A stretch of DNA of 64,000 nucleotides from Spirochaetia bacterium (GCA_963666985.2 CAXXIA010000001.1:1312001-1376000), one strand, 5' to 3'. Positions 53,883 to 63,401 are shown, numbered from the stretch's first letter. Notes: generated from the letters alone by a model not told the origin. Made by a program: numbers and translations.

Positions 53883-53945
53883 GATACTCCTGTTCACCGT
53901 ATACTATTTTTCCATAGTTTAATAGTTTTATCGGCCGAGGTAAAA

Positions 53946-55265
53946 ATGCCGCAAGAGAAAAATATTCCCGAAGAAAAAAAGGATGAGGCTCTCAGACGTT
54001 ATATCGGTCGTCTGGAAGAATGGCCCGAAGACGAACCGCCCTCCCCCGCACAGCTGCGGGCCATACGCCGAGAAATCCATTTAACGCCGGATGATCGGGA
54101 TAAACTTGAGATTCTGGCGGAAAACCATATAAGGAGAGCTCAGACCGCACTTGCCGGAGGTGCGTATGACCAAGCCGCCGCCGAATTGGCGAGAGCCTCG
54201 CAGCTGCGTCCCATGGATCCGCGTCCGCGCGTGGAACTCGCCGGTGTGTATCTCCAGCGGTCCCTTGAACGCGGCTACGGCCGAAACGACAGACAGCGGG
54301 CGGTAAAACTGGCGAGAAAGGCCCTGGAACTCCATCCCGGCGATATTGAGGCCAAACAATTTCTTGCCCAGTACAGGCGGATGAACGCCGATTTCAATTC
54401 CGCGAAATACAGAAAATACGCCATACCCGCGCTTCTCATCCTCTCGGCTTTATCCCTCATGCTGTGGTGGCGAATGGATTGGATCATCGGCTTATTCAAC
54501 GGCGGCGGGAATCCTGAATCCGCCGGGGCGACTGTGGAAATCCCATCCGGGATGATTCCTTGCGAACGGGAACTGCCCGTAGAGCTCGGCAGCTTGGGAG
54601 ATGGAGGCCTGATTGTTGAAATTGAATCCGCCGCCGTGGGCCGCCGGGATGATTCATCATTTTTCGATATCGAAGGAACAATTGAAGCCCGGGATGCGGC
54701 GCTCGGTTCCATGACCCTCATGATTCGCGGCAGAAGCGAAGAGGGAACGGCGCTTTTTGCCGTACCCGTTCCCATTCGCAGCGGGGCATCGCCTGTTCTT
54801 ATGCCCGGCGATTCGGAGCCTCTGAGTATTTTTCGATGGCTGGCCGTTTCCGAAACGGAGATTTCCCGTTTGGAGATTTCTCAGGCCGAAGCGGATTTGA
54901 TGCTGAAGATTCCCGAAAGAAACATCAGGGAAGCCGAAATCGTTTGGGATGCTCCGCGCCCGGAACATATCTCTGTGAAAGCCGAAATCCGCGACCGAAC
55001 AATCGTGGAGGCCTACGACCGGCAGGTTATGCTTATGGATTTCGCCGTGGAAAATACGGGTACGGCGGATATATCGGGACTGTCCGTCGGTCTCTCCTTG
55101 GGATCCCAATGGCCCGATTATCCGGTTACTCTCATAGCCGGAGAGAATCCCGCACTCTCCCGCGGGGAAAGACGCGTATGGTCCATGGCCTTGGGATTTC
55201 CTCTGGATGCGGACCACTTATCGGAAAGACCTCTGACGGTACGGATAACAGACGCGGGCCTTTAA
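53946..55265 (+). CDS. TPR-containing single-pass membrane protein with extracytoplasmic Ig-like domains
   Basis: ATG 53946 after GAGG; TPR (YDQAAAEL...LRP, ALELHP), TM, beta-rich C-terminus (FAVENTG). Confidence 0.7.
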   Translation: MPQEKNIPEEKKDEALRRYIGRLEEWPEDEPPSPAQLRAIRREIHLTPDDRDKLEILAENHIRRAQTALAGGAYDQAAAELARASQLRPMDPRPRVELAGVYLQRSLERGYGRNDRQRAVKLARKALELHPGDIEAKQFLAQYRRMNADFNSAKYRKYAIPALLILSALSLMLWWRMDWIIGLFNGGGNPESAGATVEIPSGMIPCERELPVELGSLGDGGLIVEIESAAVGRRDDSSFFDIEGTIEARDAALGSMTLMIRGRSEEGTALFAVPVPIRSGASPVLMPGDSEPLSIFRWLAVSETEISRLEISQAEADLMLKIPERNIREAEIVWDAPRPEHISVKAEIRDRTIVEAYDRQVMLMDFAVENTGTADISGLSVGLSLGSQWPDYPVTLIAGENPALSRGERRVWSMALGFPLDADHLSERPLTVRITDAGL

Positions 55266-55320
55266 CCCGCCAATCCGCCCATAAGATCGGGAAGTCCCTT
55301 AACGGCTCCTTCTCAATCCC

Positions 55321-55623
55321 TCAGCCGCCGGATGCCTTTTTTCGATAAATCTCAATCATATGGGCAAACGCGGAGTTCTCTTTCTTCAGTTCCCGCGAAC
55401 CGCGGGTGATTTTACAAAGACTCAAGCCCAATTCCTTCGATATGGCTCTTTGAGAAAGACCTTTATCGATTAACCTGACAAGAGTCCACCGGGATGAAAT
55501 ATCCGTTATCTCGTTTTCCGTTAAAAGGCTCTTAAGAAATTCTGAAATTACGTGCGGATCGTTCTCAATCGCCAGGACTTGAGAGAGTTCCGCAAGAGGG
55601 GTTGGATCAATATCGTCAAACAT
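55321..55623 (-). CDS. TrpR-like (YerC/YecD) helix-turn-helix protein
   Basis: LLTENE...RW, SQRAISKELGLS..KITRGSRELK. Confidence 0.85.
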   Translation of the reverse strand: MFDDIDPTPLAELSQVLAIENDPHVISEFLKSLLTENEITDISSRWTLVRLIDKGLSQRAISKELGLSLCKITRGSRELKKENSAFAHMIEIYRKKASGG

Positions 55624-55633
55624 AGTTTTCACA

Positions 55634-55663
55634 ACTATAGGTTCGTCTCGGAAGTATCGTCAA
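55634..55663 (-). promoter_or_regulatory. Candidate sigma70 promoter for the TrpR-like gene
   Basis: Minus strand TTGACG-N18-TATAGT. Confidence 0.55.
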
Positions 55664-55716
55664 GGAGAAACAGTCTCTCTCCGAATGTTCCTCAAGTCCT
55701 CCGATGGGAAGGAATA

Positions 55717-57099
55717 TCATTCCGCCGAATCTTTCAGGAACTCCGCTTCCATTCCATAATCATGAATTTTCCTATGGAGGGTCTTCCTGCCTATGCCTAA
55801 AATATCCGCCGTTCTGCTCTTATTTCCGCCTTGAGCGTTCAAGTTGGCCCGGATAATCATTTTCTCGGCTTCCGCGATGGGGATTCCGACGGGAATCAGG
55901 ATTCCCGTGTCGTCTTCAGCGCCTTTTAATTGGGATGGAAGATCATCGGGGCCGATATAGGCGCTCCTGCTTAAAACAACGGCACTTTCAATAACATTCT
56001 TCAGTTCCCGAACATTTCCCGGCCATCGGTAGGAGCGTAAAAGCATTGCCGCCTTCGGTTCGAGTCCCTGCACGTCTTTACCGTTTTCCCGGGCGCTTTC
56101 CTTGATGAATCGCGCCGCAAGAAGAGGAATGTCGTCAGGCCGCTCTCTTAAGGGCGGGAGGTGCAGATTCACCACGTTGAGCCGATAATACAGATCCTCC
56201 CGAAAACGTCCCGCTTCAACTTCGGCTTTTAAATCTCGATTCGTAGCGGCGATAATCCTGACATCCACGGATATGGTCTTTTCGCCTCCCACTCGCTCGA
56301 AACTGCGCTCCTGAATCACTCTGAGAATCTTTACCTGGGTGGTCTGGTCAATTTCTCCAATTTCATCGAGGAAAATCGTTCCTCCGTCGGCAAGCTCAAA
56401 GCGGCCCTTTTTCTGTCCGATCGCTCCGGTAAACGAGCCCTTCTCATGCCCGAAAAGCTCGGATTCCAGTAAAGTTTCGGATAATGCCGCGCAGTGAACT
56501 TTAACCAGCGGCGCATCCTTTCTGGGCGAATGCTCATGAAGGGCATTCGCCACCAATTCCTTGCCGGTTCCGCTCTCGCCGGTTACCAGAACGCTGGCTT
56601 TCGTCGGCCCCACTTGTTCAATAAGTTCAAAAAGACGGGACATCGGCGCGCTTTTTCCCAGGAGTTCTCCGCCGCTTTTCCGGCGCTCCAGGCGATCAAC
56701 CTCTTCCTGCAGTTCCTGATGCTTTCTGGCCAGTTCCCGCCGTCCGAGCGCCCTTTTCACCAAAAGACCGAGACGTTCAAGGTTTACCGGTTTGGTTAAG
56801 AAATCATAGGCACCGTCGCGCATTGCCTGAACGGCGTTGTCCACCGTTCCGTGTCCGGTCAGAATAATCACCGGAACCGTCGGATATGAGGAAGTCACCC
56901 TCTTTAAAAGCTCTTCTCCGGACATCCGCGGCATTTTCAAATCCGCGATAATCAGATCGATTTCCGTCTTGAGCATGATTTTCAGCGCATCCTGACCGTC
57001 CTCGGCCTGAAAGACTTCATATCCATCCATCTCAAGCGACTTGGCCAATCCCGACCTGATGTTCTTTTCATCGTCGACAACGAGCAGTTTGAAGGTCAT
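55717..57099 (-). CDS. sigma54-dependent response regulator (NtrC/Rrp2-like enhancer-binding protein)
   Basis: REC (VVDDE, DLKMP), GESGTGKE, ESELFGHEKGSFTGA, FLDEIG, FREDLYYRL, WPGNVREL, Fis-type HTH. Confidence 0.95.
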   Translation of the reverse strand: MTFKLLVVDDEKNIRSGLAKSLEMDGYEVFQAEDGQDALKIMLKTEIDLIIADLKMPRMSGEELLKRVTSSYPTVPVIILTGHGTVDNAVQAMRDGAYDFLTKPVNLERLGLLVKRALGRRELARKHQELQEEVDRLERRKSGGELLGKSAPMSRLFELIEQVGPTKASVLVTGESGTGKELVANALHEHSPRKDAPLVKVHCAALSETLLESELFGHEKGSFTGAIGQKKGRFELADGGTIFLDEIGEIDQTTQVKILRVIQERSFERVGGEKTISVDVRIIAATNRDLKAEVEAGRFREDLYYRLNVVNLHLPPLRERPDDIPLLAARFIKESARENGKDVQGLEPKAAMLLRSYRWPGNVRELKNVIESAVVLSRSAYIGPDDLPSQLKGAEDDTGILIPVGIPIAEAEKMIIRANLNAQGGNKSRTADILGIGRKTLHRKIHDYGMEAEFLKDSAE

Positions 57100-58256
57100 G
57101 ATTCGCCTCCGGAAAGCAGTTTCCGTTCACTCTGAAGTACCGGAAGAGTGATGCGGAACGTAGTGCCCTGACCGAGTCTTGAATCCATATGCAAATCGCC
57201 CCCGTGTTCCTTAACAACCTTATAGACCACCGTAAGACCGAGCCCCGAGCCGGTATCCCGCGTGGTGAAATACGGCTCGAAGATTTTTCCCTGAATTTCT
57301 TCGGGGATTCCCCCTCCCGTATCGCTGACTTCGAGAATCACTCCTTCTCTTTCCCGGCGCGTCTGAAGCTTCAGTTCTCCTCCGTTGGGCATGGCGGAGA
57401 GGGCATTCTTTACAAGATTTAAAAGGGCTCTTTTCATGGATCCTTCATCCAAGGAAACGGGAGGAAGCGTATCGTCCAGAATCGGAACCACGCGAACTCG
57501 GGCCTCTTCGGCTTCGTACTTGAGAAACTGTACAAGATCGACGACGAGCGCGTTCAAATCCGAAGGATGAGGTCTGGACTCCATGGGCCTAACGGCAAAA
57601 AGATAATCGGAAACGATGGTATTGAGCCTTTCGGTCTCTTCTTCCAGGATTCCCAGTGATTCTTTCAAATCATCCGGATCCGCGCATGCGCCCTTCAGCT
57701 GGCGCTTCATTAATTGAAGATGAATACTCATCGAAGCCAAAGGATTCTTGATTTCATGGGCAACACCGGCGGCCATCGTTGTGAGGGACGCCAGTGATTC
57801 GGCCCTCTTCAAACGAGCTTCTTCCTCACGCTTTGCCGTGACATCCTCGACATAAAGCATGCTCCCCATGATTTTTCCCCGATCCACGAGAGGAAGAATC
57901 CCGCAGGATAAAATATATTTTCGTCCGCGGCCGCGAACCGGAAAATCCGTCATGGCCGCGCCTCGATCCTCCTCGAGCGCTCTCCTGACGAACTCGGCAA
58001 GCTCTGAAGAAAGAATGGTTTCCCACGCGAAAAAATCCATCGGATCGGGGACGGCCAGAGGAAGAAGGCGCTTGGCGGGTGTGTTGATCATGAGAACCTT
58101 GTTGTCCGCTCCCATAACCATGACGCCTCCGGGGATGGAAGACAAAACCATCTCAAGCTGCTCATTATCGGCAACAAGTTCCTGAACCAGACTGTGAAGC
58201 CGGTCATGATCCAGCCTGTCCAGGCTTTTGAGGGCCCTCCGAACGAGTTTTCTCAC
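57096..58256 (-). CDS. Cytoplasmic PAS-domain sensor histidine kinase
   Basis: GTG 58256 (GTGA overlap, GGAGG); AHEIKNPL, NLVKNA, DTGGG, FEPYFTT, GSGLGL. Confidence 0.93.
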   Translation of the reverse strand: MRKLVRRALKSLDRLDHDRLHSLVQELVADNEQLEMVLSSIPGGVMVMGADNKVLMINTPAKRLLPLAVPDPMDFFAWETILSSELAEFVRRALEEDRGAAMTDFPVRGRGRKYILSCGILPLVDRGKIMGSMLYVEDVTAKREEEARLKRAESLASLTTMAAGVAHEIKNPLASMSIHLQLMKRQLKGACADPDDLKESLGILEEETERLNTIVSDYLFAVRPMESRPHPSDLNALVVDLVQFLKYEAEEARVRVVPILDDTLPPVSLDEGSMKRALLNLVKNALSAMPNGGELKLQTRREREGVILEVSDTGGGIPEEIQGKIFEPYFTTRDTGSGLGLTVVYKVVKEHGGDLHMDSRLGQGTTFRITLPVLQSERKLLSGGES

Positions 58257-59422
58257 CCGGCGCCTCCAAAAGACGAGAACAGGCCCCTGAGAATCATCGG
58301 GATGGGCAGATTCAGACTTTCCGCGCGCATCCTTGCATCTCTCAGCCAAGCGGCTTCGTTTTGGGCACGGCGATGATCCGGACTCGGGTTCGTTCTCAGT
58401 CCGAGCCTGAGTTCTTCTCCCAGGGCCTCAAGGAAGGCAATAAGATCGGGAATATCTTTAATGTCGGAAACGGCATCCGGGAACTCCTTTCGGCTACCTT
58501 GCGCGAGCTGAAGGAACTCGGCCGCCGTTTCCTTCATTCGCTCCGAAGGTCCGCTCCTCCAGGCTCGAAAGTATTCCTTAAGCCCGCTCCATCGGTTCGT
58601 TTCCTCACGAAACACGCGGCGAAGAACTTCGGCTTCCTCGGAGGCCTTCCGCTGAGGGAAGGAATAATCTCTGAGCCGCGAAACGATTGTCGGAAGCAGC
58701 ATCGACTTTCTATCGCAAATGAGTATGGCCGTTGTATCGGCCGGCGGCTCTTCAAGGAATTTCAGCAGCGCGTTCCGGGAAGCCTCCGGCATCCTGTCGG
58801 CCGCGTCGATGATAACGGTTTTATGATCGCCGGCGGCCGAATGAACCGCCCAACTTGTGATATGGCGAATCTGAAGTACGGGAATTACCGACGGCAGAAC
58901 TTTCTGCAGAGAAGCGCAGTCATCAACAAGTCCGTCCAGAAGCTTTTCCAGTTCGTCTCCTTCGGAAAGCGGCGATCCGGGAAGAATGTCGTCGACCGTT
59001 TCGGCCAAACGGTTCATTACGGGAACGATTTTGGAAAGTTTTTTCTCCTCTCCCGACCACAGAACCGGATCGAAGCGTCTGATAAGCTTCCCGGCCGATC
59101 GGGCCACGAGGAATCTCGGGGCATCGGAAACGTTTCTTCTGAGAACTTCCGCGGAAGCCGCGATTTCAGCCGTTAAGTCCCGACTGCCGACAAGCAGAGT
59201 TCTCGGATGAGAGAGAGCCCTGTGCAGGCGGCAATGTGAGCAGGTACAATTCCACGCGGCTTCTTTTTCACAGGAAAGAACGCGGGCAAGTTCGATGGCC
59301 GCCGTAAGTTTGCCCGACATGGCCGGACCGGAAAACAGAATGGACGGCGGCAGCGACTCGTTTAGGATATCATGCCGAAGCCGAGAGATAACCCGATCCT
59401 GATACAAAATATTATCAAACAT
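58253..59422 (-). CDS. holB: DNA polymerase III delta'-like clamp-loader subunit
   Basis: LFSGP..SGK, Zn Cys cluster, IIDAADRM, NALLKFLEEPP, LLPTIVSR. Confidence 0.75.
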   Translation of the reverse strand: MFDNILYQDRVISRLRHDILNESLPPSILFSGPAMSGKLTAAIELARVLSCEKEAAWNCTCSHCRLHRALSHPRTLLVGSRDLTAEIAASAEVLRRNVSDAPRFLVARSAGKLIRRFDPVLWSGEEKKLSKIVPVMNRLAETVDDILPGSPLSEGDELEKLLDGLVDDCASLQKVLPSVIPVLQIRHITSWAVHSAAGDHKTVIIDAADRMPEASRNALLKFLEEPPADTTAILICDRKSMLLPTIVSRLRDYSFPQRKASEEAEVLRRVFREETNRWSGLKEYFRAWRSGPSERMKETAAEFLQLAQGSRKEFPDAVSDIKDIPDLIAFLEALGEELRLGLRTNPSPDHRRAQNEAAWLRDARMRAESLNLPIPMILRGLFSSFGGAG

Positions 59423-59958
59423 CACAAGCCTCCCGAAAAGGCCGTAAGAAGATTCGGAAAGAGGTGGTTGAGCGCCGATATAATCAGACTGCCCCGGAAC
59501 ATTTTTGAGGCAGGAGGAGACGGAAGGCGCAAAAGCTGCACGGAGAATAAGAGAGCAAGCGCTCCTCCCGCACAAATCCCTATAAGAGCTCCCGCACTTC
59601 GGGATACAACACCTTTATCGGGATCCGTTAAATATCGTCCGAAGAGCACCGAACCGATAAAAAAAGCAAAAACAAGGAATACAGTCATCAGCGCAGGCAA
59701 AAAAGCCGCAATCCAGGAGGCCGCGGCATGCCCCTCCAGAATAAGCACCGCAACCGCGGGCGCATTGGGATAATTCTCGGAACCGACACCGGAGAAATCC
59801 AGGATCAGCCGCTCCAAAGGAACCGTTAACAGGGCCGCGGCAAGAAGCGATCCGAACAGAACCACGGCGGCGAATAAAGCCGGCCGCAAACTCCTTAAAA
59901 TCCCATAAAGCAGTCCGAGAAAAACCAAAACAACCAGAAACCAGTCGGTCGGTGTCAT
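59422..59958 (-). CDS. CvpA-family membrane protein
   Basis: Several TMs with N-terminal D..L and late SRSAGALIG motif; coupled to murG. Confidence 0.65.
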   Translation of the reverse strand: MTPTDWFLVVLVFLGLLYGILRSLRPALFAAVVLFGSLLAAALLTVPLERLILDFSGVGSENYPNAPAVAVLILEGHAAASWIAAFLPALMTVFLVFAFFIGSVLFGRYLTDPDKGVVSRSAGALIGICAGGALALLFSVQLLRLPSPPASKMFRGSLIISALNHLFPNLLTAFSGGL

Positions 59959-61055
59959 ATCGCGCATTCCTTGATAACTTCGGCGATTCGGTCGGCGGCC
60001 TCTTCGGCCGGATACGCCGCCGCCGCGGCTTTCATCGCCGACAATCCGTTCGGAGATAAAAATAATTCCTTTACGATACGGCCCAAGTCCTCGGGCCCGG
60101 AATCGGGCGGCAGAATCACCGCCATACCGGATTTCTCAGCAGATTCGGCATTGAGAACCTGATCCCCTCTGGTTCCGCTTCCCCGAAGGGGTATAAAAAT
60201 CGCCGGAGTTCCCGTTGCCGCGAATTCCCAGAGGGAACCGGCGCCGCTCCGACCGACGGCCAAATCGGCGGCCGCCAGCAAGTGCGGCAGCTCCTCATGA
60301 AAAAACGGCCGGCTTAAATAGCCGTATTTCTCGGCAAGAGCCGGATTCCCGGGTCCGGTTTGATGAACAACGGCCGCGATTTCAAGCATCGCATCCAAAG
60401 ATCCGTAAACCAGGTCATTCACTTCTCGGGCACCCTGGGATCCTCCGAGAACCAATATAAGCGGCCGCGGATCATCCGGTTCGAGACCGGCGATTTTTCT
60501 CCCTTTCTCGGGATCGGCCGTTTCGGAATTGAAAAAATCGTCCCTGACCGGATTTCCCGCGACGACGGCGTTTTTCGCGGCCTCCGGAGAAAGATAAGAG
60601 AGAGTCTCTTTATAACTGACCAGTATCCGCGCTCCCATTTTCATGTTCAGACGGGTCGCGAGACCGGGGTCCACATCCGATTCGTGCGTCATCGCGGGAA
60701 TATGAAGACATCGCGCGGCGGCAACGGGCGGTACGGAGACAAATCCTCCCTTGGAAAAAACGGCATTGGGTTTTTCTTTTCGCAGAATCCGCAAGGCGCA
60801 GCAAAAACCGGCGGCGATCCGGAATATATCCGTGATGTTTCTTAGAGAAAAATACCTGCGAAGCTTTCCGGCCGGGATTCCGTAATACCGGATACCGGCA
60901 TTTTCAACCAGTTTCCGTTCCATTCCCCGCTTGGAGCCGATCCAGATGACATCGAAGCCCGCCGATCGCATCCGTTCGGCGACGGGGAACGCGGGAAAAA
61001 CATGTCCGGCGGTACCGCCTCCGGTAAAGGCGATGATTTTTTGTTTCTCACTCAT
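59955..61055 (-). CDS. murG: Undecaprenyl-PP-MurNAc-pentapeptide GlcNAc transferase
   Basis: TGGGTAGHVFP, GKLRRY, KGGFVSVP, HESD, GGSQGA, RSGAG, DQVLNA. Confidence 0.97.
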   Translation of the reverse strand: MSEKQKIIAFTGGGTAGHVFPAFPVAERMRSAGFDVIWIGSKRGMERKLVENAGIRYYGIPAGKLRRYFSLRNITDIFRIAAGFCCALRILRKEKPNAVFSKGGFVSVPPVAAARCLHIPAMTHESDVDPGLATRLNMKMGARILVSYKETLSYLSPEAAKNAVVAGNPVRDDFFNSETADPEKGRKIAGLEPDDPRPLILVLGGSQGAREVNDLVYGSLDAMLEIAAVVHQTGPGNPALAEKYGYLSRPFFHEELPHLLAAADLAVGRSGAGSLWEFAATGTPAIFIPLRGSGTRGDQVLNAESAEKSGMAVILPPDSGPEDLGRIVKELFLSPNGLSAMKAAAAAYPAEEAADRIAEVIKECAI

Positions 61056-61076
61056 GTTACCCGTTCAGAGTAGCCG

Positions 61077-61240
61077 ATGACGGCCGGGAGAAAAAGCCCT
61101 AATGAAATTGCGGCCGCGATGTCGCGAATCCCGCGTTCCATCTTCGCGCGGCGCCTCGCCGCCTTCGGCCGCTGCCGTCATCATCCTGCCGACTTTTCGC
61201 TCCCAACCTCGCGCGCGGCCTTCGGTTCGAGTCCCGAATA
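61077..61240 (-). repeat. tRNA-associated element downstream of tRNA-Val(TAC)
   Basis: 12-bp perfect inverted copy of the tRNA T-arm at 61224-61235; shares motifs with the 22.9-23.2 kb element. Confidence 0.5.
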
Positions 61241-61255
61241 TTATGTAAAAATTAT

Positions 61256-61329
61256 TGGGCGGACTGGGACTCGAACCCAGGACATCCGGCGTGTAAAACC
61301 GACGCTCTAACCAACTGAGCTACCCACCC
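61256..61329 (-). tRNA. tRNA-Val(TAC)
   Basis: GGGTGGGTAGCTCAGTTGGTTAGAGCG TCGGT-TTTACAC-GCCGG ATGTC CTGGG-TTCGAGT-CCCAG TCCGCCCA; CCA not encoded. Confidence 0.96.
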
Positions 61330-61340
61330 GTATCAAAGGC

Positions 61341-61369
61341 ATCATAATGAAGTCGCCTCAGGGTGGCAA
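61341..61369 (-). promoter_or_regulatory. sigma70 promoter for tRNA-Val(TAC)
   Basis: Minus strand TTGCCA-N17-TATGAT. Confidence 0.7.
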
Positions 61370-61454
61370 CGCCCTAAGACCGGAATGTGCAATCTTCCTT
61401 CATAAATCCTCTTTTTTATATATACAAATTATCGAAATGCTCTATATTGTTCTT

Positions 61455-63401
61455 ATGAGAACAGGCGGAAAAAGACACAGACATCACCGGGTAATCATTT
61501 TGGCCGCGGCCATATGGATTTCGGCTCTCAGCTTTCCGCCGTCGGCGGAGGCCCAGGACGAGGGCGGTTTTACGGAGCTATCCGGTCCGAAAATCAGCGG
61601 CGGCGGAACCTCTCCGTCACTGTTCAAAGAGTCTTTAATTCGCACCGAAACTTCGGCCCGCCTCTCCGGATGGAATCCCGATTCCCGAACCGGCACCATT
61701 TCGGTGGATTACGTTTTCCCCAAGGGATATCACCAAATCGACAACAATGAGGTTTTTACCATCATTCCGGAATCGTTTCCGGGGCTTATCTTCGGATCGG
61801 TAATGAAAGGCAAGCCGATTTGGAAAGACGGTTCGGCCGAATACCACGATGAAACTACCCTTGTTATCGAGTTCCAAGCGGGAGATGAGATCCAAGAAGG
61901 CGAACTGACCGTTAAAGCTCTCAGTCAAATCTGCGATGAAAAAGGAACCTGTCTGTTCCCGGAATCACAAAGTCATTCGATTTTCTTCAATCCCGCCTCA
62001 AGCCCGGTAGAACCCGATGAAAAAACGGTATCGGTGCTGAATTGGGTTTCCGAAACGGGGATGCAAGGGATTTCGGCGGCGGAAAACATGCCGGGAGAAC
62101 GGAATGCCCCCGGAACATCCGAAGCCGCACCCAATGGCGATCACATCGCGGACGGCGGCGGTGTTCGGAGCGCTTTGTGGATGTTCCTTCTGATGGCTTT
62201 TGCGGGCGGGATTCTTTTGAATATCATGCCCTGCGTTCTTCCTCTTTTATCGGTCAAGGCGCTGGGGCTCCTCAGACAGGCCGGTGAGGATAGAAAATCC
62301 ATCTGGAAGCATTCCTGGCTCTATGTCGCCGGCATCATCGCTTCTTTCTGGATTCTGGCGGCCGTTATCGTCGCCCTGCAAGCTTCCGGCCGCCTGCTGG
62401 GCTGGGGATTCCAGTTTCAATCACCGACTTTTCTTCTCATGATGATCGCCGTCATCTGGATTTTCGCCTTAAGTTTGTTCGACGTTTTTATTATCGAGCC
62501 GCCCCGGAAAGGTTTGGAGGGAGCCTCCGCCGCCGGTTCCAGAGGCGGTTATCTTGGAAGCTTCCTGACCGGCATTTTCGCCGTGCTGGTGGCCACACCC
62601 TGCACGGCGCCCCTTCTCGGCCCGGCTCTGGGTTTCGCCTTCTCGCAGCCCCCGCTGGTCATCTTTGCCGTCTTCGGTGTTACGGGACTCGGTCTGGGGC
62701 TGCCCTTTCTGCTTCTCGGGATATGGCCCACAGTTCTAAAGCGCCTGCCGAAGCCGGGGAACTGGATGACGACGTTCAAGGAGATCATGGGATTCCTCCT
62801 TTTGGGGACGGCCGTCTATCTCTTTACAACCTTCCTGAAACTCAGCCCCGGATCAGGCGCAGGGGCTCTGTGGTGGCTTCTCTTCCTCGGACTGGCCTCC
62901 TGGCTTTTCGGTAAGGCGCGCCGCCCGACTTCAAAAAAAGCCTTTCGGATAACCGGACAGATTGCCGCTTTAATCATCGCCGTTCTTTCGGGAATTCTCC
63001 TTATAGAAATCCCGCAGGAGACGAGTCCCCGACCTTCTCCCCTGATCGGCGAATCCGATCGGGTAATGCCCTTCAATGAAGACGATGTTCTCCGGAGAAT
63101 TGCGGGAAACGAACCGGTCTTTCTGGAATTCACGGCCTCCTGGTGCACAACCTGCAAAATCAACCGGCACGTTCTGAACGATCCCGATGTCCGTTCGATA
63201 ATGGCGGAAAAGGGCCTTGCTTATATTAAGGGTGACTTAACCGCTTATAACGAAACTTTGATTCGATGGCTCGGTGAATTCGGGAGGGCCGGAGTTCCGC
63301 TCTATGTTCTCTATATCCCCGGAGAAGATCCCTTCATCTTTCCGGAACTTCTTGGCAAGGAAAGCTTCATCCGGAAACTGGAATCAATAAAGGGACCGTA
63401 G
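61455..63401 (+). CDS. dsbD: Thiol:disulfide interchange protein DsbD-like (three domains)
   Basis: N-domain QICDEKGTC; TM domain LNIMPCVLP and ATPCTAP; thioredoxin domain FTASWCTTCK, GVPLY. Confidence 0.88.
   Translation: MRTGGKRHRHHRVIILAAAIWISALSFPPSAEAQDEGGFTELSGPKISGGGTSPSLFKESLIRTETSARLSGWNPDSRTGTISVDYVFPKGYHQIDNNEVFTIIPESFPGLIFGSVMKGKPIWKDGSAEYHDETTLVIEFQAGDEIQEGELTVKALSQICDEKGTCLFPESQSHSIFFNPASSPVEPDEKTVSVLNWVSETGMQGISAAENMPGERNAPGTSEAAPNGDHIADGGGVRSALWMFLLMAFAGGILLNIMPCVLPLLSVKALGLLRQAGEDRKSIWKHSWLYVAGIIASFWILAAVIVALQASGRLLGWGFQFQSPTFLLMMIAVIWIFALSLFDVFIIEPPRKGLEGASAAGSRGGYLGSFLTGIFAVLVATPCTAPLLGPALGFAFSQPPLVIFAVFGVTGLGLGLPFLLLGIWPTVLKRLPKPGNWMTTFKEIMGFLLLGTAVYLFTTFLKLSPGSGAGALWWLLFLGLASWLFGKARRPTSKKAFRITGQIAALIIAVLSGILLIEIPQETSPRPSPLIGESDRVMPFNEDDVLRRIAGNEPVFLEFTASWCTTCKINRHVLNDPDVRSIMAEKGLAYIKGDLTAYNETLIRWLGEFGRAGVPLYVLYIPGEDPFIFPELLGKESFIRKLESIKGP

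Noticed and set aside
56420..56440. GSFTGA instead of GAFTGA in the enhancer-binding protein
   Set aside because: A common variant; not evidence of lost sigma54 activation.
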